Of a DNA stretch of 32,000 bases, positions 1 to 11,601 are shown one piece after another. Source of the DNA: Mycobacterium leprae TN (GTDB lineage: Bacteria; Actinomycetota; Actinomycetes; Mycobacteriales; Mycobacteriaceae). The stretch is from contig NC_002677.1 in assembly GCF_000195855.1 (NCBI RefSeq), positions 2,850,001 through 2,882,000 on the forward strand, given 5' to 3'. The first letter of the stretch is position 1. Every line of letters starts with the position of its first letter. The notes below the pieces were generated by a model. It was not told the DNA's origin. It was given only the letters and a program-made list of their open reading frames with translations, and did not search any database. The position numbers were made by a program, and so were the translations under genes.

Positions 1-482
1 AGCCTGAGGCTGCGCACACAGCAGAGGCACAAGATGTCGACGATGTTTCCGCCCAGGTCCAGATTCGGATTGCTGCATTCATCTACGGCGTGCCGGTGCA
101 CGATATGGGTAGCCGGATTGGTGCAGCCCGCTTCCGATTGGCACGTGAGCTGATGCCAATCGAGGGAAGCAAGCGTGTCCGGGATCTTGTTACCAGGTAC
201 TTGGCTCATGTGACAAGCATTGTCTCGCCCGCACCAAGCTGCATCGGCGCGGAGCCGGTCGTGATTCCATAACCGATAACTGTGATGAGCACGATCTAAA
301 TCCTCACGGTAAGCAGTTCGGCAAGCGCACCAAGGCATGATAACTGCCACTTCTTCCTGCCGACCCGGCGGGCTCGCGCCGCCGAATAGCTTAATTTAGA
401 TTATCCTCCTATTGGGCATTGGGGGACAACACGAATCGGTCCGACTCGGCGGGTAAAGCGCCAAATCGCGACTAGAACAGGA

Positions 483-944
483 CTACGGCCAGTTCCACAC
501 CGACATGTCTCCGGCCTGGTACTGGTTGCAAACCTCGGTGGCTTTGGCGACAACGCCCTTGTTATTGAAGAAAATCTTCGCCCAGTTTCCCCAATGCGTG
601 GCCATCTGCTCGTAGTAGACGTTTGTAGCGGTGTCCTCGGAATACTGCCTACGGTCGGTGGGGCTCAAGGAATAGAACCAATGGATACGATTGACCGCGG
701 CCTGCTGGATGTCAGTCGGCTTGTTGTGCATATCGATCATGTACCGCTGGTAGTAGATCGGGCTGGTATCCCTGACGGCCGCCAAATACTGCTCTGCATC
801 ACAGGTGGTGGCGATTTGCCTGCGGGGGATCGGAAAATCCTCCGTGGAACCATCGGCAACGGCGGTCGTCGGAAATGCCACAGGAATGATACCGAAAACG
901 AGAAAAACAGCACCTTTACATAGGCTGGTGCTCAGCCGAGACAT
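483..944 (-). CDS. Secreted conserved mycobacterial protein, homologue of M. tuberculosis Rv0455c
   Basis: ORF 483..995(-). A signal-like N-terminus ([30 protein letters not shown]) is followed by [38 protein letters not shown]...[30 protein letters not shown], which I recognise as the Rv0455c family. Start trimmed to the ATG at 944 (153 aa). Its position upstream of the lpd block fits the recalled Rv0455c..Rv0462 order. Confidence 0.8.
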   Translation of the reverse strand: MSRLSTSLCKGAVFLVFGIIPVAFPTTAVADGSTEDFPIPRRQIATTCDAEQYLAAVRDTSPIYYQRYMIDMHNKPTDIQQAAVNRIHWFYSLSPTDRRQYSEDTATNVYYEQMATHWGNWAKIFFNNKGVVAKATEVCNQYQAGDMSVWNWP

Positions 945-1029
945 GGTGATTAACCGTAACCCTTTCGGGGTTTTGAAGTAGTGCTTCGACAGCAAGTTAC
1001 TAGTCTAGGCTTACGAGCCAGCAGGAACA

Positions 1030-1944
1030 ATAGACATGTTGAGGGGTCCGGCCGTAGTTTGGGTACGGCTTGGCTGTAATTGTCGAACGGGCCGTCTCGG
1101 CGTGCGATCACGATCCGTACCCCTTGGGTTTCGGTGGCGCGGATCAAGTCGAGCGCGTCGGGATGTTGCGCGTCAGGCCATCCAGAATGCCACCTAGCAT
1201 CTGGGTAGACGCTAGGTTCATGTATCTCGCAAGCGGCCTGATTAACGATCAGGCTTAGTGCCCACAACTGCGACAATGAGGATGCGTACCAGCTCGGCAG
1301 CAATCTCGGTGACACAAGCTTAGAGGCATTCGAACGGCACCTATTCGTTTATCAGCTTGACTTCAGCTTCCTGGACACCGGTCAACGGCCGGCCAGTAAG
1401 CGGGTGCCACTTGACATTGGCAAGGCCGAGCAAGCATATTTATGCTTTCAATTAGATAAGCTCTATATCCGATTATATGGGTGCCGATCATCGCGTTGTT
1501 GTCGGTAATGGCGATGTCAGTGCATTTGCGTAGTTGCTGAAAATCAGCGACGCATCAGTTTTGCGCCTAGCGATCATCGGCTTAGAGGCTAGTTAAATGG
1601 CCATGAACCTCTCTATAGGCCGAATCTCACGAGCGGTAACTCTAGCGAACTCTTTGCCTGGATACCATTGCCTGTAGGTCATCAGGCCATCGCCCCCGTT
1701 GCTGAAACCCGCCGCCAAAATTATAGCCGTCAGAAAAGGACTGGCTGGCGCCACGCAACACTATAGACTTTGATACCGTGGTCTCGCTCAGCCAGCCTGC
1801 CGATCGTCTCGATCTTGTCGAGAATAGGTGGGACGTTAATATAGTATTAAGGTGCTCTGAGCTATCCAATGTGATGGTGGCGACCGGACCGGTGGCCGCA
1901 TAATGCAGGCTATCAAAATTGACCCCGGATTGGGTTCTAGTCAT
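1030..1944 (-). pseudogene. echA2: Enoyl-CoA hydratase pseudogene (Rv0456c/echA2-like)
   Basis: ORF 1642..1944(-) has a crotonase N-terminus (VNFDSLHYAATGPVATITLDSSEHLNTI ... IVLRGASQSFSDGYNFGGG). ORF 950..1315(-) carries the matching C-terminal part (IVNQAACE...DALDLIRATETQGVRIVIARRDGPFDNYSQAVPKLRPDPS). No open frame joins them across 1316-1641, so the gene is interrupted. Confidence 0.6.
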
Positions 1945-1989
1945 AGCAGCAGCGAAGTAAGTCGGGACCCTTGCCGCGATATGCTGCGC

Positions 1990-4110
1990 GAGTCAGCCCC
2001 TAGCCTGCGGTACAGGAATGCGTAACTGAGCGCCCCCAACACTAACTGCTCGTTGTCGGCCCCACATGAGTGCCCGCCCTCGCTGTTTTCGTAGTACCAG
2101 ACCCGGCTGCCTAAAGGGTCGCGGTCATCTTGCGGGAATGGCCAGTATGCACCCGGCCGCCGCGGTGAACAGCACCGGCGGATACTGCCAAGTCACCGAA
2201 ATGCTCTAATAAAACAAAGATTAAACGATGAACTCCCAGTCGTGGAGGTTGTCCGGCTTGCCATGGCAGGCCATCCAGGAAGCGCCGTTCAACAGTCGAT
2301 GGTAGCAGCGCATGTCCAGCTGACATATCACAGACCAGTATGCCGAACTTTTCTGGATATTTGGTCCGCATGACGCCCATCAGTAACCTGCCGTTGCTGC
2401 CGCCGCGTGAGCCGAACTGCTCGACGCCTGTCATGCCGCAGTTCACCAAATCTTTTGCTACCGAAACGAAATCCTCGGCAACCTTGTGTAAGCCATCGAG
2501 CGTCTCCCGCGTGTTCCAGCCAGGCCTATATTCACCGTCGCCGCGTATTAGTGACTAGCATATAAGTACCCTCGTGGTCCAGCCACGGCTGATCCAGCAC
2601 TCCCATATCCTTATGTGCTGGATGACCTTACAAACCCACCATAACCGTTGAACAGTGTCAGCCACGGCTGTTTTTGGTGTCTCCGGGTCGAACCACTAGG
2701 TACAGAATCAACTTGCCATTCTGTTGATAGCACAAAACATTTGGCCACGATGGTGTTTTCAGCATCTAAGAAAGCTGGTGTCAAATTGATTTGATCTAGT
2801 TGTCCATTTGGTCGCGCCCCGCAGCAATCGAGAGGGTGTGTCGAATCCGCTGGAGTCGAGAAAGAACCCGTCGCCGTGCTCGTACGCGGCGACGATGACG
2901 GTGGAGTACGGTGTTGGCGGTGACCGGGATGCCTGCCAATGGTTCGCGTTGCGAGCTATCTGGTGTAGCGATCTAGACGCAGCTGGCCACATCGGCGGGC
3001 GTTGACGATCAACAGCTGGTCATGGATCCACATAGAGTATGTTTAGCGAGGTGTGCTCGTAGAGCTCGAACACCACGCGCAGTTTTGCTGTGTCGTCGAG
3101 GAATTCGTCATAGTTAGCGGACAACAGCAAGACCGTGGGGTAAGTGTTAGTGCCGAAAATCCAATCAGTGCGCAGCGCAATCAACAGCCAATTGCGATAG
3201 ATCGACGCGCTCGCATCGGTGGGCTTGTCGATGCTAAGCAGCTCCGAGCCGCGAAGTTCGTAGAGCTTCTAATTCCATAAAGCTAGCGCTCGCCCCATGA
3301 AGGTGCATGCGAAGCCTAGCGTTCGATCGACGGACGCAAAGATCGGGACATCGGAGCTTACCATCCTCAAAAGAGGTCTTTGCATCGGCCAATGGCGTGT
3401 TTAGACACCATCGCTTGATCGGTCGCGTATAGCCGAACTCGGTAAGTGAGTCAGCGCCAAAGCCGTTGCCCACCAACACGTTATCTTGGAGGTCGTCCCA
3501 AATTACATCTGATTTAGCCCTCCGGTAATTCTAACACGTGAACTACGGATTCGCTTGTCAACATGTTAAATTCACACATGAGCGATGCATCACGCCACCT
3601 CGAGAGAGGCTGATCGGCGTCCGCGTGTGGTCAGGTATGATGACGCAAGTAGCCAGCCCACACCCATTTCTCGTTGTCAATTCGCCCTAGTTCATCGATA
3701 TCGATAAGCACGTCCCACTCGGGGGAATCGTTACGGTAACGTTTGAGTGTGGTGCGCCGTCACAGCCGGCGGGGGTTGGTGGCATCGCGCCAGAAGTTGT
3801 AATAGGTACTCACCACGACGATTCATGTACAGGATCCAGATATCGGTGTCGAGCACCTAGGTGTGCATCCGCTCGAACTCCGCATCGCACAAATCAGCCA
3901 GTGTCGGTTCGTTGCGCGCGCACCCAATCCAGCGCCTTCACACTGGTGATCTCTCTGAACCACAGATACGGGTAGTGGGATGCGGATGTCCGAGCGACTT
4001 CCGATGTCAGGGAAGACACGGTGGCGTCGACGGTAATATGCATTGCATTACATCTCTGTGTATTAGAATATTTGGTACTGTAAGTAAACGAGGGACCAAA
4101 CTGAGGATTA
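1990..4110 (-). pseudogene. S9 prolyl-oligopeptidase family peptidase pseudogene (Rv0457c-like)
   Basis: ORF 2111..2449(-) contains the catalytic-serine region RGGSNGRLLMGVMRTKYPEKFG (family motif GGSNGGLL). ORF 3894..4202(-) ends with the N-terminal POP signature HYPYLWFREITSVKALDWVRAQ. The roughly 2 kb between them is broken into short ORFs in different frames (2759..2992, 3234..3479). Confidence 0.6.
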
Positions 4111-4143
4111 TTTTTCCCACGTCCGGACTCCGCTGGGGCACCG

Positions 4144-5412
4144 ATGTCGTATGAATCCCGGTACGATAATTTTATGGGGCCAAGTGGGTGACCGTCCACC
4201 AAGGCCAGTTATGTCGAGAATCCGACGTCGGTGACCGGACAGACGTTTTGCTAGGTAGCCCAATCTGACGAGGCTGGCATCAAAAAGGAGCTCTGCGCTG
4301 TGCCCGGTCTGGAGTACGATCGCCCCTGCCGAGTGGAAAACGATCCTTAACAAGATCACCAATTGTATTGGCTAATACATAGCCGCGTTAGCAATAACCG
4401 AATCTTGGGATAACAGCAACCCGATCCTGGAAGTGCTGGCCACCGACATCACGCTTGCGGCAGAACATTTCCGGTATTTCACCGACGCGATCTGCGCCCA
4501 GGAAGTTTCGCTGTCTTAAATCGACGAGGACACTGTCACCTATCATTTACGTGATCCGCTCAGCATGGTGGGGAAGATCATTCCGTGGAACTTCACCATA
4601 CCAATGGGCGCCTGGAAACTAGCGCCAGGCAATGCGGTAGTGCTCAAACCGGCTGAACAAACACCTATGCCAGTGCAGGTGTCCCGGGCAGCCTGGAACT
4701 CGACGGCCAGAGCCCCAATAACCTTCTTCTCCGACATGACGGTCGTCAACGACAACTTCCAAGACAAGGCGCCGAAGGATTCACCGTGTTAGCCATCAAC
4801 CAGAGTGTGCACCGGGCCATCGCCCAGCCTGATTCCAGACCGATATCTATGACGAGTTTTGAAACTGGCGGCGATCCAAACCAAAGCAGTCCAGGTCAAT
4901 TCGTTGGACACCGAGGCGATGCTGGATTCTCAGGCTTCCAACGATCAGCTAGAGAAGGTGTTGTCTTACATACAATAGAGATCGACAAAGACGAGAGCGT
5001 CCCACCCGGATCACCGGTGGTGAGCGGGCCGATCTGGGCAAGAACCTGGCCTGCGGGTTTTATGTATACTCGGCGATCATTGCCGGCAACGCCAAGATAA
5101 AGATCTTCCAGGAGGAATTCTTCGGGGCGATGATCGCGATGTCACCGTTCACCGATGGCGACTTTATATAGTATCGACAACGACACCCCTTACAGTCTTG
5201 GTGTTGGGATGTGGAGCCGCGATTGCAATATCGCCTACCGGGGCCCAGCCGGGACACTCAAGCCAGCGAAATGTGGATCAACTGCTATAAACCCTATCAC
5301 GCCCACGCGGCCTTCGACGGCTACAAGCCAGGCAGGTTTCGCCCGCGAGACCCAAAATATGATGCTCGACCATATACCGACAGACAAAGAATCTGTTTAG
5401 TGTCCTAATTCG
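4144..5412 (+). pseudogene. NAD-dependent aldehyde dehydrogenase pseudogene (Rv0458-like)
   Basis: The ATG at 4144 gives MSYESRYDNFMG and then a stop. Later fragments in shifting frames are [80 protein letters not shown] (ORF 4565..4792), IFQEEFFGA, WINCYKPYHAHAAFDGYK and MMLDHIPTDKESV. These are classic ALDH motifs, but with multiple stops and frameshifts. Confidence 0.8.
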
Positions 5413-5439
5413 GACAAGGCGCTGGTATTTTTCTGATGG

Positions 5440-5790
5440 TTGCGCCCCAAACCACCCCGCCGGCGGGGTGGTTTCCCTGCAAGACCAGCACGGAATAGTG
5501 CTGTTCCACCAGTCCGGAGGCTGCTTCGGTAGGTCATCGCCGATGGGCTACCCACGTGCAGACTTCGTTATCGGCAACCGTGACGTCTTGCTCAACGTGC
5601 TCGATGTCGGCCAAGGGATCCCAGTGTAGATTTTAACCGCAGTACCAGGCCGACTACCAAGGAGACAAACGCACCTAGCTGGTCCTCAATGTGGTTCTGT
5701 GCTGCGGCTGTGGGTTCAGTCTGGAAACAGCGAAAAGCGTGCGGTTCCTCAGTCGCGGTCGGGCTTGCACCGGCGCGAAGAAGGCGCCAT
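5440..5790 (+). pseudogene. DUF779-family protein pseudogene (Rv0459-like, ALDH-associated)
   Basis: The frame through 5459-5630 reads AGGVVSLQDQHGIVLFHQSGGCFGRSSPMGYPRADFVIGNRDVLLNVLDVGQGIPV*, where the family motif is FHQSGGCCDGS.PMCYP. It stops prematurely and the remainder continues only in another frame. Confidence 0.55.
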
Positions 5791-6867
5791 TGCAGGCACA
5801 CACCGATCACCACTGGCAACGCCTACGCGGGAGGCGAACGGGCCACCTTAGCGCGGTCAGGTGGTGAACTTGGAGCACGCGGCCGGGCCCGTGATCGCTC
5901 CGCACCGGTCATTGGTAACCGCAGTATGATCGCCACCGTTGTACCGCGCGCCCCTGGCTGGCCAGCGCGCTGCTGATCGGAAGCACGGTCGAGCTGCTGA
6001 CTGGAGTGGCGTGCACCGTGTTGGTTCATCAGAGGATCCGGCCCGACGTCGTCATTGCCCTTGGGTTCGGTATTCCCAGTGTGACTGGTACAGGACGCTT
6101 AATTCTGTTTTCCGGGTGTCGATGGGTAGCGATTCTAGGCTCATTTTCATCCTCGCGGTGGCGCCAGGTTGTTTAGGTGCGCTCGCCGCTATCGAAATTA
6201 CGTCTCGTGGCTGACGAAGACATCGACCCAGATCGCAAACCCAGCACGGGAACTTAACCGTTCGTCCCTGATGTCAACATCGACAAGGAGTCAGTCCTGT
6301 TCAAGCTTGATTTTGATGGCATTGACTCGCAGCAGCCGCCACTCATACACCGGGCCGGAGAAATCTGACCTGGCAGTGGCTAGCGAGACGAGAATTTAGC
6401 AGCCGAGTTGGCTGCCGTACCGGTTGCAGTAGCCGGTCGTTACCAGTTATCTGAAGTGGTGGAAGTTGGTTACGGCGATCCTCGATGTATTAATCGCCGT
6501 CGCGGAGATCGGGCTCACCCTGATTTTATTGTATGGTATCACTCGATTGACACGACAGCGCCGCTATTTATGGTTTATGGTGCTAGTCTATGTCGTCGGA
6601 CGCACCCTGGCAGGCGTGATGCTAGTCCCTGGAAAGTGAGCTTATCACGACGTTTGGCACTTGCGGTGCTGTCAGGCCCCTTTTTGCCTTCGTCGCCGCG
6701 GAGACCCCTCATTTATGAAATCTATGAACTAACTACTAAACATATTTAGTACGAACGGGTCGCTCACTGTCTGGTTTGGTGTCGTTCCTACTGACGCCCA
6801 GCGGATCTCGGTTCGCACGTTCAAGTACGCGCGTGACCCGTTCAGAGGTCACCGCGTAGCCGGCCAC

Positions 6868-6873
6868 TAGTGT
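6868..6873 (+). promoter_or_regulatory. Candidate -10 hexamer (TAGTGT, TANNNT class) for a leaderless lpd transcript
   Basis: tagtgt at 6868-6873 ends 7 nt before the GTG start at 6881. No purine-rich Shine-Dalgarno lies between them. The geometry fits mycobacterial leaderless mRNAs. Confidence 0.25.
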
Positions 6874-6880
6874 AGCTGTC

Positions 6881-8284
<1,404 letters not shown>

Positions 8285-8301
8285 GCATTCAGTAACGGCT
8301 T

Positions 8302-8607
8302 GTGGCGGCTGGAGACAACCGATTGATTGGCAACGACACCCCCGAGATCGCAGTGGGAGCCATCGGCGGGGTGGCCACCGGCTACGTACTCTGGCTTGTG
8401 GTCATGTCGATCGGATATAACATCACGACAGTCAGTCAGTGGAGCCTGATCGTGTTGATCCTGTCGATGGTGTCGGTATTCTGCTCCGGGATGTGCGGAT
8501 GGTGGTTACGTCAGCGCCGTAAGCATGCCTGGGGGGCGTTCACTTTCGGTCTACCGGTATTTCCGGTGGTCCTGACATTGGCAGTGTTGGCCAAAATTTA
8601 CCTGTAA
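8302..8607 (+). CDS. Small integral membrane protein (Rv0463-like)
   Basis: 101-codon ORF with a GTG start 17 nt after the lpd stop. Three hydrophobic segments are visible (AVGAIGGVATGYVLWLVVMSIGY, WSLIVLILSMVSVFCSGMCGWW, FGLPVFPVVLTLAVLA). Position after lpd matches the recalled M. tuberculosis order. Confidence 0.7.
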   Translation: MAAGDNRLIGNDTPEIAVGAIGGVATGYVLWLVVMSIGYNITTVSQWSLIVLILSMVSVFCSGMCGWWLRQRRKHAWGAFTFGLPVFPVVLTLAVLAKIYL

Positions 8608-8653
8608 GGGTTGGATTCTTAGTTGTTGGAAGTTGTCACCGGTGACTACCGCA

Positions 8654-9575
8654 AATTGTACTTTGTGTTCTGTTGTGGGGGTGGAGTAAAGGGTGGTGGG
8701 TCAGTGTATTGGCGGGTCGGTGCGTCAGGTCGCAAAGGTCGGTATCGATGCCGTGGTGATGCGGGTATGAGAGTCGTTTCGAGGTCTTGGTCTCACGCTG
8801 GGGTTGTACAGCGATTCTGTGGTAGGGCGTTGTCTTGTGGTTGATCATGGCCGCAGTGATCACATCAGTGCTGTGGTCCTTGGATAGGTGTAGCAGCTGC
8901 ACGAATCCGCTACTTGTGTTCGGCCAGGGCGCCGATTTGGGGGTCTAATTTTTGCCGATGATTACATCATCCGCCCAATGCTATGAGGTTAGAGCACCAC
9001 ACGGTCGTGTAGTTTTCGCGGGACGTGCACTGGTGGTGGCCATACCTAGAGAATAATGGTGGTGCCCGGTTTTAGCGTGCTGTGCCCTCAGCGTGCGGAA
9101 CATCCACCCAGTGCGCACATGTTGGTTGAGCTTGGACTCGATGTTGAAGTGTTTTATAGGACACCTGCATCTTTCGGGCCGGTCGGGATAGGTTTTGGGC
9201 CAACACCCCCACAATTTGTTCGGGACTGTACTTCTTGGCCAGCACACATGTCTATCTCCGTACGCAGCTGCCCACAACGCTCACCTTGCCGGCCTTTAAA
9301 GCCACTGGCCCACTGCTCACTGCATAGCTAAGCAATACAAGCTCAGTAACCCGATTGAGCGTCTTAGCCAGCATAGTTGGTGTCGAATCAGTGCAACCCC
9401 CAAAGCAACCCGCAAACACGCGGGCCCCACCCTTGCTGGTGATCTCACGCACGATCCCCACCCCCACCCAACCCAAACGAACGGTTAACGATCGATCACA
9501 TCAACTCACAACACTGCAACACACCGCCACCCTTTACTCCACCCCCACAACAGAACATGCACACAAAGTACAATT
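8654..9575 (+). repeat. Dispersed repeat copy A (871-bp core 8662-9532 plus terminal inverted repeats); M. leprae dispersed-repeat class, family not assignable here
   Basis: The core is the reverse complement of 25314-26184. Five ORF-track translations are residue-identical on opposite strands, with paired coordinates summing to 34846. The left end 8654-8699 and right end 9524-9575 form an imperfect inverted repeat. No recognisable transposase is present. Confidence 0.92.
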
Positions 9576-10262
9576 CAACCCCGTCAATCCGAACGTGCGT
9601 GCCACCGAACACCAACACGCCTTAACGTCGAACTAGTTCACGTAAGCCCGGATGCCGGTAGATCCGATACTCTAGTGACCGGTCGATCGCAGATTCATCC
9701 GTGGCATACGTGGGCCACAGCGGCACCGGCCACCCGGTTCCTACTGACGAGCAGCGTTGACGAGTTAGTGTCACCACTGACGACTATCGCTCCGTCCGAC
9801 GCGCGTCGGCCAATAGACCAATAAAGATGACTGCGATGGTTTATAGGCGATCGTAATCTGCAACGGGTCAGCAGTGCCTCAGTGATCGACGGCCCCTACG
9901 GCGTCAGCCATCCTGCGTATCGTCAGGCCACAGCTGTCAGCTTCTTGGCGTCGTCCACGGTGTCGGTGGTGTCCGAACCAGCGGTCAGGACGCGTCACGT
10001 GAGCAAAATGCCGCAACGCGGTGTCAAGCGGGTCAATCACCGTAGCCACCAGACTTTATCGGAAGTCAGCTGGTACAATTTGCCAGTACGTTAACCAACA
10101 TAGCATGGCCTTCATGGATCACCGCGCTGTCGCCGACCACCCAGCCCAGGCTGGCCCACCATCGTCGGCCATATGCAAGTTCGGCAACGCTGTAGCAGAG
10201 TCCCGCCCGGCTCGCTCTAATTAGAGTTTTTTACAATGGCACACTGATCTAGCTCAGGGCGG

Positions 10263-11295
10263 TTACCGCCAGGAAACGACAATCTTGTCATCGCGTCCGG
10301 GTTGTGCGCGGGTAAGCCGCGCAGCCAACAGCGCGGTCCGGTCCGTTACAGTCGTTGCGAATCCGGATCCCCATGCAGATACAGCACCGCCGCCCCATGT
10401 TCGGAGGGATCCGGTGACGGTGAAAACGTCCCAGGTCCAACGGCCGTCCTCGTCGTCTAGCACCTCGGTTAGATGCGCTGGCGTCCAGACATGGGTCGAG
10501 CCCTCACGACCGTCGGCGGCAGTATCCAGTAACGAAGTGAACATTCCCGCATCGGCCAGCTCGTCGAGCAACAAACGGGCGGTCGGCGCGGCGACCCGGC
10601 GAGTTAACCGGACTCCGGTGCTATGGACCCAAGGCGCATACGGGCACAACAATAGTACGTTTACGTCGTAATAACAACATCTTCCCGAGATGCAGTATCA
10701 CCCAAGCCCCAAGCGTCGTCAACGCCGCACCGGACAAACCCGCCGTCGAGTTGGTCGTAAACGCCGCACCGGGCCATCGCACTCCCAGCACGTGCAACCT
10801 CCTCCACCATCGCCGACGGCGAGAACTTGGGCGCTCCGTGGAAACCACCACGAGCAGTGTCCTGGTCGTGCAGCACGGTTGCCACGGCGTTAATCGCACA
10901 ATGTCGACGTCACCGCAGAACCACCACCGTGCGGCTCCAGGAGCGCACTGAGTGCCCCAGCCATCGAGCGCAACTCATCGGTCGATGTAGGGATGTGCTC
11001 GGATGCCTCCTCGACGCCGGCACGGAAGTCCTGCCAGGCGTCAGAAATAACCGAAAGAATTTGCAAGAAAGCGACTTTGGGATAGTAAGTGCCGCAAAAA
11101 AACGGTAGGCAGTAAGGCATCAGTGATGTGACACCAGTGATCGATTATGGCGTAGCCGGCGGACAACAGGATCGGCACATCACGCGCAGCCATACCCGCC
11201 AATACCCGTGACGTCCACTGCTGCCAATGCACCGGGTTTCCAGTATGCCGGCACAAATACGGACTGGTCATCAGACCCAGGATATTTGCCCGGGG
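10263..11295 (-). pseudogene. Thioredoxin-fold DUF255 protein pseudogene (Rv1084-like); recognisable portion only
   Basis: ORF 11041..11373(-) reads SPYLCRHTGNPVHWQQWTSRVLAGMAARDVPILLSAGYAIIDHWCH and then goes out of frame. ORF 10890..11120(-) carries PFFCGTYYPKVAFLQILSVISDAWQD. ORF 10263..10652(-) carries EGSTHVWTPAHLTEVLDDEDGRW...RAQPGRDDKIVVSW followed by a stop where the family continues. That makes three frames for one homologue. Confidence 0.7.
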
Positions 11296-11299
11296 CGAA

Positions 11300-11527
11300 T
11301 CAGCCGGAGTCAGCGCCGGGTTCCGGTGGTAGCGAAGGTCCGTTGCGATCGGTGTCGGAGGGCTCTTCATCAAGATAGCCCCCCAGTTCGGTGCCTTCGT
11401 CGGCGGCCTGGTCCAGCTCGGGGTGTTCAGAGTCGAATGATGCGGGGATCTTTTTAAGCTGTCGATTCATTGACCACAATAGCAACAACGTGGCGACTAA
11501 CAGCAACACGATAACTAGCAGGCCCAT
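11300..11527 (-). CDS. Small membrane protein (Rv1083-like)
   Basis: Part of ORF 11300..11803(-), whose upstream half overlaps mca. From the ATG at 11527 it reads MGLLVIVLLLVATLLLLWSMNRQLKKIPASFDSEHPELDQAADEG..., one TM helix plus an acidic tail. An alternative GTG at 11605 overlaps the mca stop (GTGA). Confidence 0.55.
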   Translation of the reverse strand: MGLLVIVLLLVATLLLLWSMNRQLKKIPASFDSEHPELDQAADEGTELGGYLDEEPSDTDRNGPSLPPEPGADSG

Positions 11528-11601
11528 CGGGCTCGCCTTGCCAAAATCGGGCCCATGATACTGCAATTCACCATCAGCAATCAATGTGAGAAAGATATGG
11601 C

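Noticed and set aside
1-209. Edge-truncated minus-strand ORF (ATG at 209: MSQVPGNKIPDTLASLDWHQLTCQSEAGCTNPATHIVHRHAVDECSNPNLDLGGNIVDILCLCCVRSL...) and the overlapping plus-strand ORF 90..272
   Set aside because: Both frames have similar third-position GC, and neither has a recognisable family or clear ribosome-binding site. The minus-strand ORF runs off the window. Support is insufficient to report either as a gene.
8662-9532. Assignment of the repeat to the RLEP family
   Set aside because: I could not find the RLEP diagnostic primer or probe sequences I remember anywhere in the element. By recollection, the roughly 0.87-0.92 kb size fits another of the four described M. leprae dispersed-repeat families better (possibly REPLEP). 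This cannot be confirmed without a database comparison, so the family is left unassigned.
8623-9636. Short ORFs (73-98 aa, both strands) inside the repeat as possible transposase or other element-encoded proteins
   Set aside because: They overlap each other on both strands and are rich in Arg, Pro, His and Cys. They show no DDE, serine or tyrosine recombinase motif that I can recognise. The element appears non-coding.
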